A stretch of 63,873 bases of DNA, filler included, from Octopus bimaculoides (GCF_001194135.2; 6 parts of 4 records of this genome joined end to end with filler, not necessarily neighbours in it), one strand, 5' to 3'. Numbered from the whole stretch's first letter, positions 1 through 13,857 are shown. Notes: generated by a model not told the origin, from the sequence alone. Numbers and translations are program-made.

Positions 1-204
1 TTTTTTAATTAGTAGAGATGGCTTTTTGCGGGGAGGAGTATAATTCTTATTTTGTTACTAATGTTTATCCCCACCAAAAGCCATCACTTCTCATTTTCTG
101 CAATATATAACACTGTACCAGGAACATTCTTTTTATTATTCTACTGTATATATACATACATACATACATTCATGCATGCATACATATACATGTCTTAATA
201 TATA

Positions 205-1284
205 CAGGGGTTGGACAAAATAATGGAAACAGCTCAGATCATAGCATCATAATTTTCAAATATCTATAAAACCGTCAAAAAGCTTATTTATCTTTGTTTT
301 TTTTTTACTTATTAGTGCTGCTTAATATGTTTTGCTAAAATTACTGTTTCGTTTCAGATATCATTAGAAGATAATTGAAATTCATTAAAATGAGAGATCT
401 ATCGCACTTTCAAAAGGGAAAAATTGTCCGTGCTCTTATGGCAGGCGCTAGCGTAATGAAAACAGCCGAAATGTTTGGTGTATCAAGAAGTACTGTCTGG
501 AAAGTAATGACAGCTTTTGAGAACGAGGTAAAAACCTCCTCGTCGAAGCAAAACTCCGGAAGAAAACGAAAACTTTCAGATAGGGACCGTCAGACTCTTA
601 CGCGAATTATTAGAAATGATCACTAAAGTGCAGCTCCCAAAATTACTGCAGAGCTTAATGACCACCTCGAGAAGCGAGTTTCCACAAAAAATTTTCGCTG
701 GGAGCTGCGCAAAGCCGGATTTCACGGCAGGGCTGTAATCAGAAAACCACTACTTTCAAAAACAAACGTTCCAAAGCATTTAGGGTGGAGTAAAAACCTA
801 CAGAGTTGGTCCCTAGAGCTGTGAAAGAATGTTATTTTCCCGGACGAGTCATCTCAAGACCTTTTAAGCATTATATCTGATCAAATTCATCCTATGGCTG
901 CGGAACTGTTTCCGGAGGGAAACGCAATCTTTCAGGATGATAATGCACCAATTCACACAGCTAAAGTTGTTGCTGAATGGCATGAGGAACATTCTAGTGA
1001 AGGTGAACATCTTATCTGGCCACCACAGTCCCCGGATCTCAATATTATTGAACATTTATGGTGCATTTTAGAAAAGCAAATAAGGAGTCGACATCCTCCA
1101 CCATCATCACTACAAGACCTGGAGACTGTTTTAACTGAAGAATGAACAAAAATTTCTTTGGAAACAGTTGAAGCTTTGTACTAGTCCATACTTTGTAGAA
1201 TTCAAGCTGTAATTACTGCCAAAGGTGGTCCTACCCCATATTAAAATAAATTTGTGTTAAATTTTAAGGTGTTTCCATTATTTT
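205..1284 (+). mobile_element. Tc1-family DNA transposon, internally deleted, non-autonomous
   Basis: TA followed by left TIR CAGGGGTTGGACAAAATAATGGAAACA at 205. The reverse-complement TIR (TGTTTCCATTATTTT) at 1270-1284 runs into a gap. HTH N-terminus in ORF 375-626, VIFPDES near 831-851, and DDNAPIHTAK...WPPQSPDLNIIEHLW (DD34E type) in ORF 894-1145. Stops are present and there is a deletion between the first two catalytic Asp. Confidence 0.92.
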
Positions 1285-1957
1285 NNNNNNNNNNNNNNNN
1301 NNNNNNNNNNNNNNNNNNNNNNNNNNNNNNNNNNNNNNNNNNNNNNNNNNNNNNNNNNNNNNNNNNNNNNNNNNNNNNNNNNNNNNNNNNNNNNNNNNNN
1401 NNNNNNNNNNNNNNNNNNNNNNNNNNNNNNNNNNNNNNNNNNNNNNNNNNNNNNNNNNNNNNNNNNNNNNNNNNNNNNNNNNNNNNNNNNNNNNNNNNNN
1501 NNNNNNNNNNNNNNNNNNNNNNNNNNNNNNNNNNNNNNNNNNNNNNNNNNNNNNNNNNNNNNNNNNNNNNNNNNNNNNNNNNNNNNNNNNNNNNNNNNNN
1601 NNNNNNNNNNNNNNNNNNNNNNNNNNNNNNTTCTAACAATGAAACAAAAGTTACATATGTTGGATTTGGATAAAAACTGCAATAATTTTCACAAATTTAT
1701 ATTTAAGAATGTAGAGCCAGTTTTCACTTACAATTAAACCTTGGGAAAGGCATTATGCCGGTAATAAACACACGCACTGGTTCAGTCCTTTATTAATTTA
1801 TATAGTTTTTTGTTAAATTATTTGTTTATTACCGGCATAATGCCTCTCCCAAGGTTTAATTGTATTTCTTTCAACACACGTATCCACATCAAGAATCTTG
1901 CACACGAAATACACAGTTTTTACTTGTTTCACTTATCTGTATCTGCAAAGCGCGTGT

Positions 1958-2190
1958 TAGCCAGTCTCTTTCTTTACTTTAATAGCCAGTCTCTTTCTTT
2001 ACTTTAATAGCCAGTCTCTTTCTTTACTTTAATAGCCAGTCTCTTTCTTTACTTTAATAGCCAGTCTCTNNNNNNNNNNCTTTACTTTAATAGCCAGTCT
2101 CTTTCTTTACTTTAATAGCCAGTCTCTTTCTTTACTTTAATAGCCAGTCTCTTTCTTTACTTTAATAGCCAGTCTCTTTCTTTACTTTAA
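1958..2190. repeat. 25-bp tandem repeat (TAGCCAGTCTCTTTCTTTACTTTAA), about 9 copies
   Basis: Units start at 1958, 1983, 2008 and onward. Copies are identical and interrupted by a 10-N gap, so copy number is uncertain. Confidence 0.9.
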
Positions 2191-3201
2191 TATTGTAGCT
2201 CTTCCAAAGGGATTTACTAATATTACCTTCCGTCCCTATGATTATCGATATAAATATGAATTTATTATCGGAAAAGAGGTGCAATGACATTCGAAACAGA
2301 TGTTCATAGATATTCTTTTCGCTGATTTTTGATGAGATGTCCACAAATGCAGAGCAACTAAATTCTATGACTGCACATGACTCCTTTTCTGTCGGTAACA
2401 AATATATCAGGCCTGTTAACTTTGCAATGATAGTACTTTAGTTGGATATATTTCACTTTTGTCTTTTGCCTATCGATCTATCAGTATGTATGTATGTATG
2501 TATGTATGTATGTATGTATATGTGTGAACATTCTATAGAAGAGGTGTTGTTTACAGCTGTCTAAAAACAATGTTTCATATGGAGGTCATTGCATTTTTTT
2601 ACCAAACATATCATGTGTAGTAGGAAGTAGTGTCTTCATTGGCAATTTTATGCAGCTTCTGATAACACGTTACGTTTTCCACTGAAGATTAATATCGTCG
2701 ACATTTGTGATAAGGTATTAGTAAATAAAGTGCATTTATGTTCCGATTGTTTATGAGGTATTTGGTAGCTGTCTCCTTCTTTGGGATTTCAAAAGCGTTA
2801 CTTTCGATTCATGATGCGATGCAGCAGGCACAATTCCTAAAGAGTGCACACTTCATGTTAGTATTGTACTCCTCTTCACGTTTGTATCTGTGCATGTAGG
2901 ATGTAGAATGTCCACAACTGTCTTCTTGATTCCAGAAAATCATACTGTCTTTTTTTACAAAAACATATCAGTTTCCAAAAATTATAAATTCTTAAAGATT
3001 ATCTTCCCTCTCATTGTTGGAGTAGGTCAAAACTAGCACAGGACATTTGATTTTTTTTTTCTTTTTGTTGAAAAGAATGTATTATCAGTAGATCAACTAC
3101 TTTTCTTGCATGGTATGTAATATATATTTATTCCTCCTTATACATACAAACACACACAGACATGAATACACACATACACATAGACAGACAGACAGGCAGA
3201 C

Positions 3202-3202
<1 letters not shown>

Positions 3203-3262
<60 letters not shown>

Positions 3263-3313
3263 TACAGACATAAGTACACACGTATGTATATATTTAAATA
3301 TAGAAACATACAA

Positions 3314-3352
<39 letters not shown>
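3203..3352. repeat. (TAGA)n and (CA)n microsatellites
   Basis: Directly visible. Confidence 0.95.
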
Positions 3353-3353
<1 letters not shown>

Positions 3354-3947
3354 ATATAAGTGTATGTATATATGTGTGTTTGTATGTGTGTGTATGCATT
3401 TATTTCCAATATATTCTCTCCTGAGGCCCTTGAAATTAATCAACAATTCACATTCTGTAAAACTAATATACCGAAGTTTAAACTTTGATGGCATAAAGAG
3501 ACGCAAATAGGAGCGAGTTTATTGCTTTCTATCCACTAGTTACAAATATACTGCACGAAGAATTGTTCTCGTAACATCTCTGAAATATTTAATACTATCA
3601 CTAATATCATTATATCTCCCATCTGAATTTAATTATGAATATTTGATTTGCAATGCAGAGCACTTTCATGTATATCGATTTTACACATATATTGATGGTA
3701 TCTTAGATTTCTCGAAATTTCGGATGGTGACGTAAGTTTCGAGACTTTTCAAGCATGTATAAGGAGCAGTAACATCTTTGACATGGATCCATGTCAGGGG
3801 ATATGTATGTATATATGCATGCATGCATGCATGCATGCATGTATGTATGTATGTATGTATGTACGTACGTACGTACGTATGTATGTATGTATGTATGTAT
3901 GTATGTATGTGTGCATGTTTTTTTTTTGTAAATATGTAGTTATGTAG

Positions 3948-4163
3948 GCGCAGGAGTGGCTGTGCGGTAAGTAGCTTGCTTCTTTCAGTTTCCGTCTACC
4001 AAATCCACTCACAAGGCTTTGATCGGCCCGAGGCTATAGTAGAAGACANNNNNNNNNNCTCACAAGGCTTTGATCGGCCCGAGGCTATAGTAGAAGACAC
4101 TTGCCCAAGATGCCACGCAGTGGGACTGAACCCGGAACCATGTGGTTGGTAAGGAAGCTACTT
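3948..4163. mobile_element. tRNA-derived CORE-type SINE (family A, octopus OR-like), rearranged
   Basis: Head GGCGCAGGAGTGGCTGTGCGGTAAGTAGCTTGCTT on +, followed by the body on the - strand (B-box GGTTCAGTCCC, CORE-like CTTGGGCAAGTGTCTTC). Family name is from recall. Confidence 0.8.
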
Positions 4164-5530
4164 TATTTCATAAACATTTGCCATAAAGGCATTATAAAGA
4201 GGGGACGAACAAGGACAGACACACATAAAAGCGGTTAAGTAGCTGTATCGATTAAATATTTACAATTTTAAATATATAATAATAATTTGATTATATTTAC
4301 ATTGTTCGATTAAAGCATTGCTCATTTCAGATGCAATTTGTAATGGCTTTCCTGAAGGATAGGCATCCGACCACCAGGGTAGACCACTTGCTTTTACTTT
4401 CCCTTGTTTTTGGCTTCCACTAACCTGGTGCCAAACACTTCCAGCTTCCTCATGAATCTATCTCGTGGCAGGTACCTCTTCTCCAACCTGATCTTACTAC
4501 CGAGGTGGTAACAAAAAAAGTTAACTAACCCCTGGCCAGATACAAAAGAATCCGTCACTATACCTCTTACACGCGTCTTCCATACTGTTTCTTTCAGTGT
4601 GGCTATTACGCAGGAAAAAGCAAGCCTTCCTTTCTCTGTTGAAGGAAGGAGGCGGCACAATCTCGATGATAGATTCAGCTGATAGCTGTACTCTTCCCAT
4701 CGATGACAACAGCTGTTCTGCGAAAACTATCAGTCTCGTTAATTCCGGACATTCCACAAATGCGTGCAAGACGATTTCCCTGTCTCGCCCGCACCTCGGA
4801 CATGTCGGCGATACGGCACTTCCGTGCCTTGACAGTTTATCACGAACAGGTAACGCCGCACGGAAGCACTGCCAAGCCAGGGATTTCTGGTAATTGTCTA
4901 GATACCCCGGCCCGAAATTTCTCCTGAACAGGTTGGCCAACTGATTTTCATCGTAGTCCAGGGTCTCCCCCAAGGCATCTTCGGACCTAAATCCCACTAA
5001 CCCGCTATAAAATTCCGCGGTGGAACTCCTGTTGCCGGCATTGCCCGCCCGAGAGAGTAGCTGAAGTGCCTGTCGGCACTTCAATTGCCAGTCCCCCAGC
5101 CTAGGACTCTGGTTGATCTAATTACCAACGTCCGTTAAGGACGTTAATTGTGGAAGGTAGAACCGGACGTGCGGTGACCACACCTGCTCTCCATCCAGGT
5201 AAAGCCAAAGGTGCCCCAACCTTAACGCGAATTTTCGTATTCTCAGCCAAGGCATCCCTAGCCCACACTTTAGCGGTTTCTGGCAGCAGACAGAGCGCTT
5301 CACGAGTGGTTTTCCACCCTTTCACAAAAAGCGGAAAAGGATTCTTTCCAACTTGTTCAGCCTCAAATCGGGGCAAGGCACCACGGTCAGACGGTAGGTG
5401 ATAACCGATGCTATAAACATCTGCACCACCTCCGCCATTCCTAGCAAGGATAATGCCCGCCCAGACCACGTCTGGGTTAAAGCAGTCACCCTGCTGGTCA
5501 CCTCGCTCCAAGTTTTCTCTATTTCAATGA
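4162..5530 (-). mobile_element. Tx1/L1-clade non-LTR retrotransposon, 5'-truncated 3' portion
   Basis: EKTWSEVTSRV...WSGRALSLLG...FRFL*KG...CGLGMPWL, then the zf-RVT CCHC motif CPRCGRDREIVLHAFVEC (ORF 4521-5084). The 3' UTR ends in AATAAA at 4167-4162. Confidence 0.85.
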
Positions 5531-6574
5531 CTTGTAGCTTCACCATACTTCACAACACTGTAAATACTGGAATATCTTTTTTAAATGATTAGAACTAATA
5601 TCAAATTCCACTGGATTTATCAACGCTGGAACTAAGAGCATCTCTTTGAAAACGCCCATGAACAAACTTAACAGTGTCACATCCATATTCATGAATGATC
5701 TGTCTCTGCTTCATTTGTTTGTGCCTCATGAGTATTATGTATGTTTGTGCAATTGCCACTAAAACACCTGTTTTCGCTGGTCTCAGCGAGATACGGAACG
5801 TAGGTTTTGCCAATCCTTTCTCTGCACAATGATAATTTAAACTCATACAATTGACTTTCTTAAAAATAGACACTTACTTTATTTTTATATTATGTTTTGT
5901 ATTGCAGAATTTATTATCAACAAGGTGAATATTTAAAAAAAAAATCAAAATTACACTAATTTTCATTTAAAACTTTAAATTTTACCGAGAATACAATCTC
6001 ACTGGTTTTGTGTCAAATGAAATAACATCCATGACACTCCATACGTTAGTGATGCTATAAACGTTATGTTTCCACAAATTCGGTGGAACACTTGAGGTAA
6101 ATTATTTTGTTTTAATGTACAATGACACATGTAACAAATTTCCTTACTTTTATTTAAAATCTGTGATAAATTATATTGTTTACTTTCAGTTTGACACATC
6201 AATAAAACAACACTAAGAATAAAGGGGAACAATTCAGCATAACTGGAAGATTTTTTAGGCATCCAGTTAAAACACACACATACTCATATACACACACTGA
6301 GCCAACATTTGCGCTGGGGGTACCTGGCGACCTTTCATTACTTTTAGTTTCGATTTGATATTTTTGTATATAAATTGTTCGTTGACATGGTTGTGCTTGT
6401 TGTCATGTTTTACTTAGTCGTTCGTTAAATCACTATCCATCATATATGTATGCGGGGTGTGTGTAAAAGAGAGTTTGTGTGTGTGCCCATCCACATGCAT
6501 GTGAGTATAAACATATATATGTTAGTGCCTTTGTGAAAAAATTTACAATTATATAAATATGCGCAAACACACAC

Positions 6575-6619
<45 letters not shown>

Positions 6620-7517
6620 CACATACACACGCACGCAAACACACACACATACGTTAATATTAGCATCACGTCATATTGTGTATAAAATATATGCTTCAGT
6701 GCTGCGTATATACATTAACATAGATATTTTGTTTGGTCATTCCTTTCACTGTGAATATCATAATATTATTGTACATCACTGAGCTTTTCATAAGCCGCTA
6801 AACACGGTAAGTATGATAGTGCATTCAACAACATATGTATGTGCATTTTTAGTGCAATTTCATAACACAGTTCCTTGAATTCCGATTTTAACAAATATAC
6901 TGCCACAAGTCGAATTATAAGCTTTTGTATATAACACGTAAGCAAGATATTCACATAAGTATATTTGCTTGTGTTTATGCGTATGTATGTCTGTATACTC
7001 TCCTTCACTTTCTCTCAATATCTTTATGCATTATATATGTATGTTGGTAGGTAAAAGTTATTTTTAACGAATAAAAAACGTATTCGATATAACGTGTAAT
7101 TTAATTCATTCGAGTTTGCTATTTGCCTTAAATTCAAGAATATTCAACCTCTTTGGGTAACATATGGTTCTATAATCAAAACTGTACTTCTATTCAAAAT
7201 GGCGATAAGACATCACTTTTCATTGGCTAACATAAACCACTTGATTCACACGTAAAAAGTTGTAATTCTGAACTGGAAAAGAAAATATTTTTTCTTGAAA
7301 TGACTTCTTTGCTTGACTTGGTAGTAAAATGTTGATAGCAAAACTATTTTTGCTTGATTTAATGGCAAAACTCAGTGTTGGGTTTCTTGTCAAATTTGGT
7401 ACTTCATAACGTACTTAAAATCACGACTTTTTTTTTAAGAAATGGGACTGATTTCGTTTGACTTGCTGATTGGTGGTAATATATTGCATAAGTTTGAGCA
7501 TGGAGTGACTGTGTATA

Positions 7518-8060
7518 GGCGTAAGAGTGACTTATGGTAAGAAGCTTGTTTCCCAACCACATGTTTCTGGGCTCAGCCCCACTGCGTGGCACCTTCTACT
7601 ATAGCCTCGGACCGACCAAAGCCTTGTGAGTGGATTTAGTAGAGGGAAACTGAAAAGTAGCCCGTCGTATATATATATGTGTTTGTATGTGTGTGAGAGA
7701 ATTATGTGTGTGTCTGTGTTTGTCCCCCTCCTCCATCGCTTGACAACCGATACTGGTGTGTTTAAGTCCCCGTAAACTAGCGGTTCGGCAATAGTGTCGA
7801 TAGCCCGTCGTATATATATATATGTGTTTGTATGTGTGTGAGAGAATTATGTGTGTGTCTGTGTTTGTCCCCCTCCTCCATCGGTTGACAACCGATACTG
7901 GTGTGTTTAAGTCCCCGTAAACTAGCGGTTCGGCAATAGTGTCGATAGAATAAGCACGAGGCACACATAGAACAAATCCTGAGGTCGATTTCTTAGACTA
8001 AAGGCGGTACTCCAGGATGGCCGCAGTCAAATGACTGAAACAAGTTAAAGAATAAAATAA
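7518..8060 (+). mobile_element. SINE family A, near full length with internal tandem duplication
   Basis: tRNA-like head, body and tail AATGACTGAAACAAG. Segment 7658-7800 is repeated at 7801-7945. Confidence 0.85.
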
Positions 8061-9399
8061 TCGCTTTAATAGTAGAATCTCTCGCTACAACTTGATTCAT
8101 TGTAGGTTGTGCTTTCAGTCGGTTTGGTTTTCGAAATCCACTGCTACACTGAAATATGAAAGGAAACATGAATTTACTGTATTTTACTTAGAGGCCTAGT
8201 GTGAATATCTCTTTCTCTCATAATCAAATTGCAAACTGCAGTCAAGGAGAAGCAACATTTTGAGTTTCATAGACTCACAAATTTGGCAGCACCTAGCACG
8301 GTTATTATATAATACTTTAATTTTGGAATATAATTCCAATAAGTTTTCCGTTTTACTTCCTACTTTCTACTCTGCCTTTTCAGCTGCAAATGCATTTCGA
8401 AAAAATGGGTTTACTATGTATGTATATGAGTCTTCATATGTTTAATTGCGTATCTATGCGGCTATATATCAGATCTTGTCCAATAAAAGTTTAGCGAAGT
8501 CTGATTCGTTCTAAAGAAAATGAAATCAATAACGGGGACGTGTGCCTGTGTGCGTGTGCCTGTGTATGCATATGTGTGTTTGTGTGCGCGCGCGTGTCTA
8601 TGCATATGTGTGTGTGTGTGTGTTTGTATGTACATGTTTCTGTGTATTCAGATAGATAGATAAATGTCGTTTACTTTATAGCGCATAAGACTTTGCTAGC
8701 GACTGTCTATATATATATGCGTGGCGGTGGTGGTAGTCGTGGTGGGGTATATATTAACGAGTTAACATGCTACTAAATATCTGAAGAAAGACAACAGAAC
8801 AATAGGACAATATGCAAAAAAAAAAATATTCTGCAAAGATAATAGAAAACCATTAGCCAAAATATAAGAAATCACTAAACATATTTAGTAAAGCTGTTAT
8901 CAGGTTGAATAAAAATACAGTAAACAAATCAAACCAGACCTAAAAGAAATTCTGAAATATATAATACCCACCAAATTACGTTATTTATCTCCTACTTCTC
9001 TCCTGTTGCATTTGGTATTCATCTATCTATCTTTCTATATAATGTTCTTGCTGAATCAAATGTTCTTTCTTCTTCACACACACACACACACTCTCTCTCT
9101 CTCTCTCTTCACCACTCTCTCTTTTCTCCCCTCTCTCTCTTCTTCCTTCTCTCTCTCTCTCAAACGCACACATCCCTCTCTTACAAGCCTCATAACGTCA
9201 TAAAGACTACTAAAACACACAGTGATACACATACACATACACATACACATATATATGCGATACATATACATATGCCTGTGTATATTTATAGGTATGCATG
9301 TATGTATGCATGTGTGTGTATGTTTTGTGTGTGTATACCTATGAATATGTGTATAAATAAACACATATATGTGCATATGTATGTGTGTATGTATGTATA

Positions 9400-9461
<62 letters not shown>

Positions 9462-9892
9462 CACATGCACGTACGTATACAAATAAATACCCACACTTTT
9501 AAATATGTATATACATGCAAACACACGTACATACATATATGTATGTTTGTATATACACACACAAACTCACCCACCCACACACCCACACACAAACATGTAC
9601 CCATGTTAATTTGCGTTCTTAATCTAATACCCTTCATCAAAGAACTTGCATCTGAGATCTCTTGGTATTCCTTTCTGCTGCAAATATATTTTAGATGTTT
9701 GGTCTTATCTGCTATTCAGTAACATTGACCACAGCCCTTGGCCAGTTCTGCTGATTGCATTTTGGTGCACATTCTTCTACATTACCAGTAATGGCATACT
9801 AGTAATATATCCCCATATGTTCGCATTCTCATACAAATTATTCCGTTTTTTTTTCTTCTTTTTTTTTGTCTACATGATAACAGCAATAGTTA

Positions 9893-9914
9893 ATAATAAT
9901 AATGATAATAATAA

Positions 9915-9976
<62 letters not shown>

Positions 9977-9987
9977 TTAATAGTAAC

Positions 9988-10049
<62 letters not shown>

Positions 10050-10068
10050 CAGCAACAACAACAACAAC

Positions 10069-10101
<33 letters not shown>
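9893..10101. repeat. (AAT)n microsatellite
   Basis: Directly visible; it generates the poly-N, poly-I and poly-L ORFs in the track. Confidence 0.97.
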
Positions 10102-10102
<1 letters not shown>

Positions 10103-11044
10103 GGTGGAATTGCAAAATTTTGAGATTGTTGTTTTACAGAGAAATTCAACGTTGCATGAGATGCTACTAGTGCTACTTGCTGCAGTTGCTATCGTTTTGA
10201 TTATTGCTACAAATGCACTTACACAGATTGTAAGTCTTTAGCCTCTGGAAAGTTCTGCGCTCAGATTGAAAATTCAAGGAACATTCATCTATTGTCATAT
10301 GTACCAAGTGGCAAGAAATCACCCGACAAAACATTGGTTTTGCAAATGTTTCTTTTCTGTTCACTCTTTTATTTGTCTTTTTATTGTTGTCTAATCTGAT
10401 TGGGCACATCTATGATCAAGATCAAAGACTTGTGAGATGAGACCATGCTGATTATGCGTCTATGTACTTCAATATTCACTGACTTTTCTGTATGGTGGAA
10501 GCTAAACTACAATTTGACATAAATTTGTAAACTATATCTAGCATGTCGAATGACTACGATGAAGGCTGATCGCTCGTGCATACCACCTACACTTTCCGCT
10601 TGTTTGTAACACTCGAACTCACAAGAAGCTAGGATCAAATAATCGGATGTTGTCATTGTGTTAAATATTAATTTACAGGAAGTACAAATGTAATATAACG
10701 GGATATTTTATTGCTATTTTGCTGTTTAGTCATTAGAATGTTGTCTTATTGCTGTAGAAATGAGGCGATATTTTAATTAGAATGGCTTATAAATAAAAGG
10801 TTTACATTAAGTGTAGTACATAGATCGTTAATCTAATTAAATACTCTGTCGATTGAATTTACCGGGTTTTTAATTAGCTGAGCGGCTAATGGCAACATAG
10901 TGTAAGTTTTAATATTTTTTCCCTAGATCAGAGCCAATGAATTTTTGTCCGACATGAGTATGCGGCACTGAGAAGGCCTAGAGGAGCTGAAATCCAACGA
11001 ATTTTCCTCTTTCCCTCTCTGTTTGTGTCTGTCTCTATTTCTCG

Positions 11045-11121
<77 letters not shown>

Positions 11122-12137
11122 TTTGATATTTATTAGACTTTTTAACCGGAGTATCTCTGGACACATCGATGAGCGAACCTGACACAAATGCCCATCGCTA
11201 TACCGAAGAACCTTTTCGAGTTTTCGCCATCCAACTTAGAAGCTTTTTCCTTACCAGTATGCTTTGAAAGATGTTTGCATTATAAAAATTTAGAAATTTC
11301 GAGAGGATTGAAATATATTTTTTTTGCAGTGGATCTCGATATAGACAAAGTTATAAATATTAGCATGTAGAATATTTTCATAGAAAAACTCTCAGATGGA
11401 AAAAAGCTGAAGGCTGAGTCAGAGTTGGTTAGTTACGCTATAAATTTTGAATCCTTTCTTTTTTTTTTTATTAACGTTCTCTCCCTCCTTAAATGAAAAG
11501 TCTACTTCCGCCACAAAAATTAACCTTTATAGTCCCTTATTCCGTGCAAATTTAATGTACTCAGGTTTATATAAGCTTATAAAGGAAGTAATTACGCGTG
11601 TGCATGGGTACTTGATTCAGCGTCGCTAATTCAAAGGTGATGGATATGTTGATTAAATTGTTCCCTATGCTTGACTGCTTCCTTATCTTATATGTATAAT
11701 TTGTGTCTTTTGAGTCTCCCATAGTATTGGGTCTAACATCATTTAAATAATAGACAGGAACTGTGCGTTAATCTGGTTGGTATTCAATGATAGACGTCAA
11801 TAGATTAAAAAGAAGACATCAGGTAACTACGCTGTGGTACTGACGGGAAGATATGATACGAAATGTTTTGACATTGTATAAGACAAAAAGCACAAAAGTG
11901 GTTCATATGTTAAAAAGGCGGTTACTTCTGTTTACATCGTATTTGGTTTATAATAGGAAGTAGCATTGGGGTGGAGATCGGCTATTGTCCATGAAAATGG
12001 CGATACACCTAGTCAACTTTTACTTTTCTAAATCAATCTCACATATGCTCCTGCCTATCTGTCTGTCACATATTCTCTGTGTGTGTGTATGATATGTATA
12101 TCTGTTACACGCACACACACACACACGCGCACACACA

Positions 12138-12205
<68 letters not shown>

Positions 12206-12243
12206 TATATGAATATATACCTGCTTCTGTATATCTTTCTATA

Positions 12244-13151
12244 CGAGGCCTGATCAATAAGTATCCGGACTGGTACTATAAATACAAAACTACAACACGT
12301 ACCAGTTTAGCATCTAATCTTCTTCAAAGTGGTCCCGTTCGGAAGCAGCACACTTAATCCAGCGAAGTGTCCACTTATGGAAGCATTCCTGGAACTAACT
12401 CATTTTATTTTTTTTGGTGGGGGGGGGCGGGGATAATGAGCAGCTGCCTCGTCGCATTCACTTTGATTTCTTTGTCGTTCTGAAATCTTCTTCCTTTCAA
12501 GCGGAATTTGATTTTTGGATGGAAGAAAAAGTCGCAATGGGTGAGATCTCGGGAATACGATGGCCGTCGGACTAAGGGAATGCAGTGCCTCGCCAAAAGC
12601 TGCTGTACACGCTACGCTGATGGGCAAGTGCGTTATCAGCTGAAAGTAGTTTTGCCACAAACTTCGCAAAAACGCGTCTCATACCCAAACCTTCAGGGAT
12701 AAATAGACTGGACTGAACTTTAACTAATTTGAACATCCTCTGATAACTCATCAGTGGTGATTCGACGACTTCCCCTCACAACTAGAAGCACATCTGCTAC
12801 GTTTCTCGCAGTTCTGCTGGTTCTGGGTCTCTCAAAACGTTCATCACAATCGATATTTTTGCTGTTCATACACTCCTCACAATACACTTTCTGTAACTTT
12901 GCGTAGGCCTCTGAACAGCTATCGCCAAGCTTCTGGCAAAATTTGATGCAGATTCATGATCAATGGGACGATCACATGCTAAACACATTCATTCGAAGCA
13001 CTGCTATAAACAGCAGAAGCGAGCTAGAATGTTAAAACTTAGTTCGCATATACAGCATAGTTCAAGGTCAAACTGTGCCAAGCAACTTTACTCTGCGGGC
13101 TTTAGCGTCGTTACAATGGCAACAGTCTGGATACTTCTTGATCAGACCACG
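12244..13151 (-). mobile_element. mariner (DD34D-type) transposon, internally deleted
   Basis: TIR CGAGGCCTGATCAATAAGTATCCGGACTG at 12244 and its reverse complement (with mismatches) at 13123-13151. The - strand remnant RPSYSRDLTHCDFFFHPKIKFRLKGRRF matches the mariner PPYSPDLAPCDF motif. Confidence 0.88.
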
Positions 13152-13195
13152 AAGCTGCATCAGTTTGTGTGCGCGCGTGTGTATATGCATGTGCA

Positions 13196-13263
<68 letters not shown>

Positions 13264-13857
13264 TGTGTGTGTCTGTGTGTAAGTCTGTATTTGAGTGACC
13301 GACAGATTAGTTATTCAGAGCTTCCCTGACCCATGTCACTTGACCTTCTGTTTGGGACATAATAAGTTTGGCCTTTCATTTAATTCTTTATAATGATAAA
13401 TAAGTCTTGATACATCTGAATGGAAAATGAAGGCTTATGACATCTTATTATTTCTTCGGACATGAGTGAAAGGATAATACGATGGTAAGGAGAGGCCGCT
13501 TGGCCGTTTGGTAGAAAACTGGAACATATATATATATAATTTAATCGCTAAATGTCCTTTTAATGCCAAAGGTTTATCGTGGATTCTCACATCTCAGACT
13601 CTAAATGAAAGAACGCAAAATTAATAGTACTGACCTGTGATCCACACAGTGTCTATACATCAACATCCACTAACATGGTTTAGAGAACTCCACTTGTGTT
13701 CTTCCTTATACACACTCAACACTTGGAACCATCATTGGGTTGGATCTACAATTAATATTGGATCTGACCCTTATATGTGGATACATTTACACTGATTGAC
13801 CGTTGACTGAACACTATTCAATTTTTTTTCTCCGTGTTTTTCTCCTTGTCTCCGTAT

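Noticed and set aside
1958-2190. Tandem repeat as a CRISPR-like array
   Set aside because: Units are contiguous with no spacers, the context is eukaryotic, and there are no cas genes.
5590-6280. Possible intron-containing transposase, helicase or 17-bp micro-exon (5908-5924)
   Set aside because: Stops occur in the candidate exon frames and no convincing motif was found.
8278-8386. Minus-strand segment with good acceptor and GTGAGT donor
   Set aside because: All three frames are closed.
9838-10149. Poly-I, poly-L, poly-N ORFs and similar CV/YI/RE/X-rich ORFs across the track
   Set aside because: Translations of microsatellites or N gaps.
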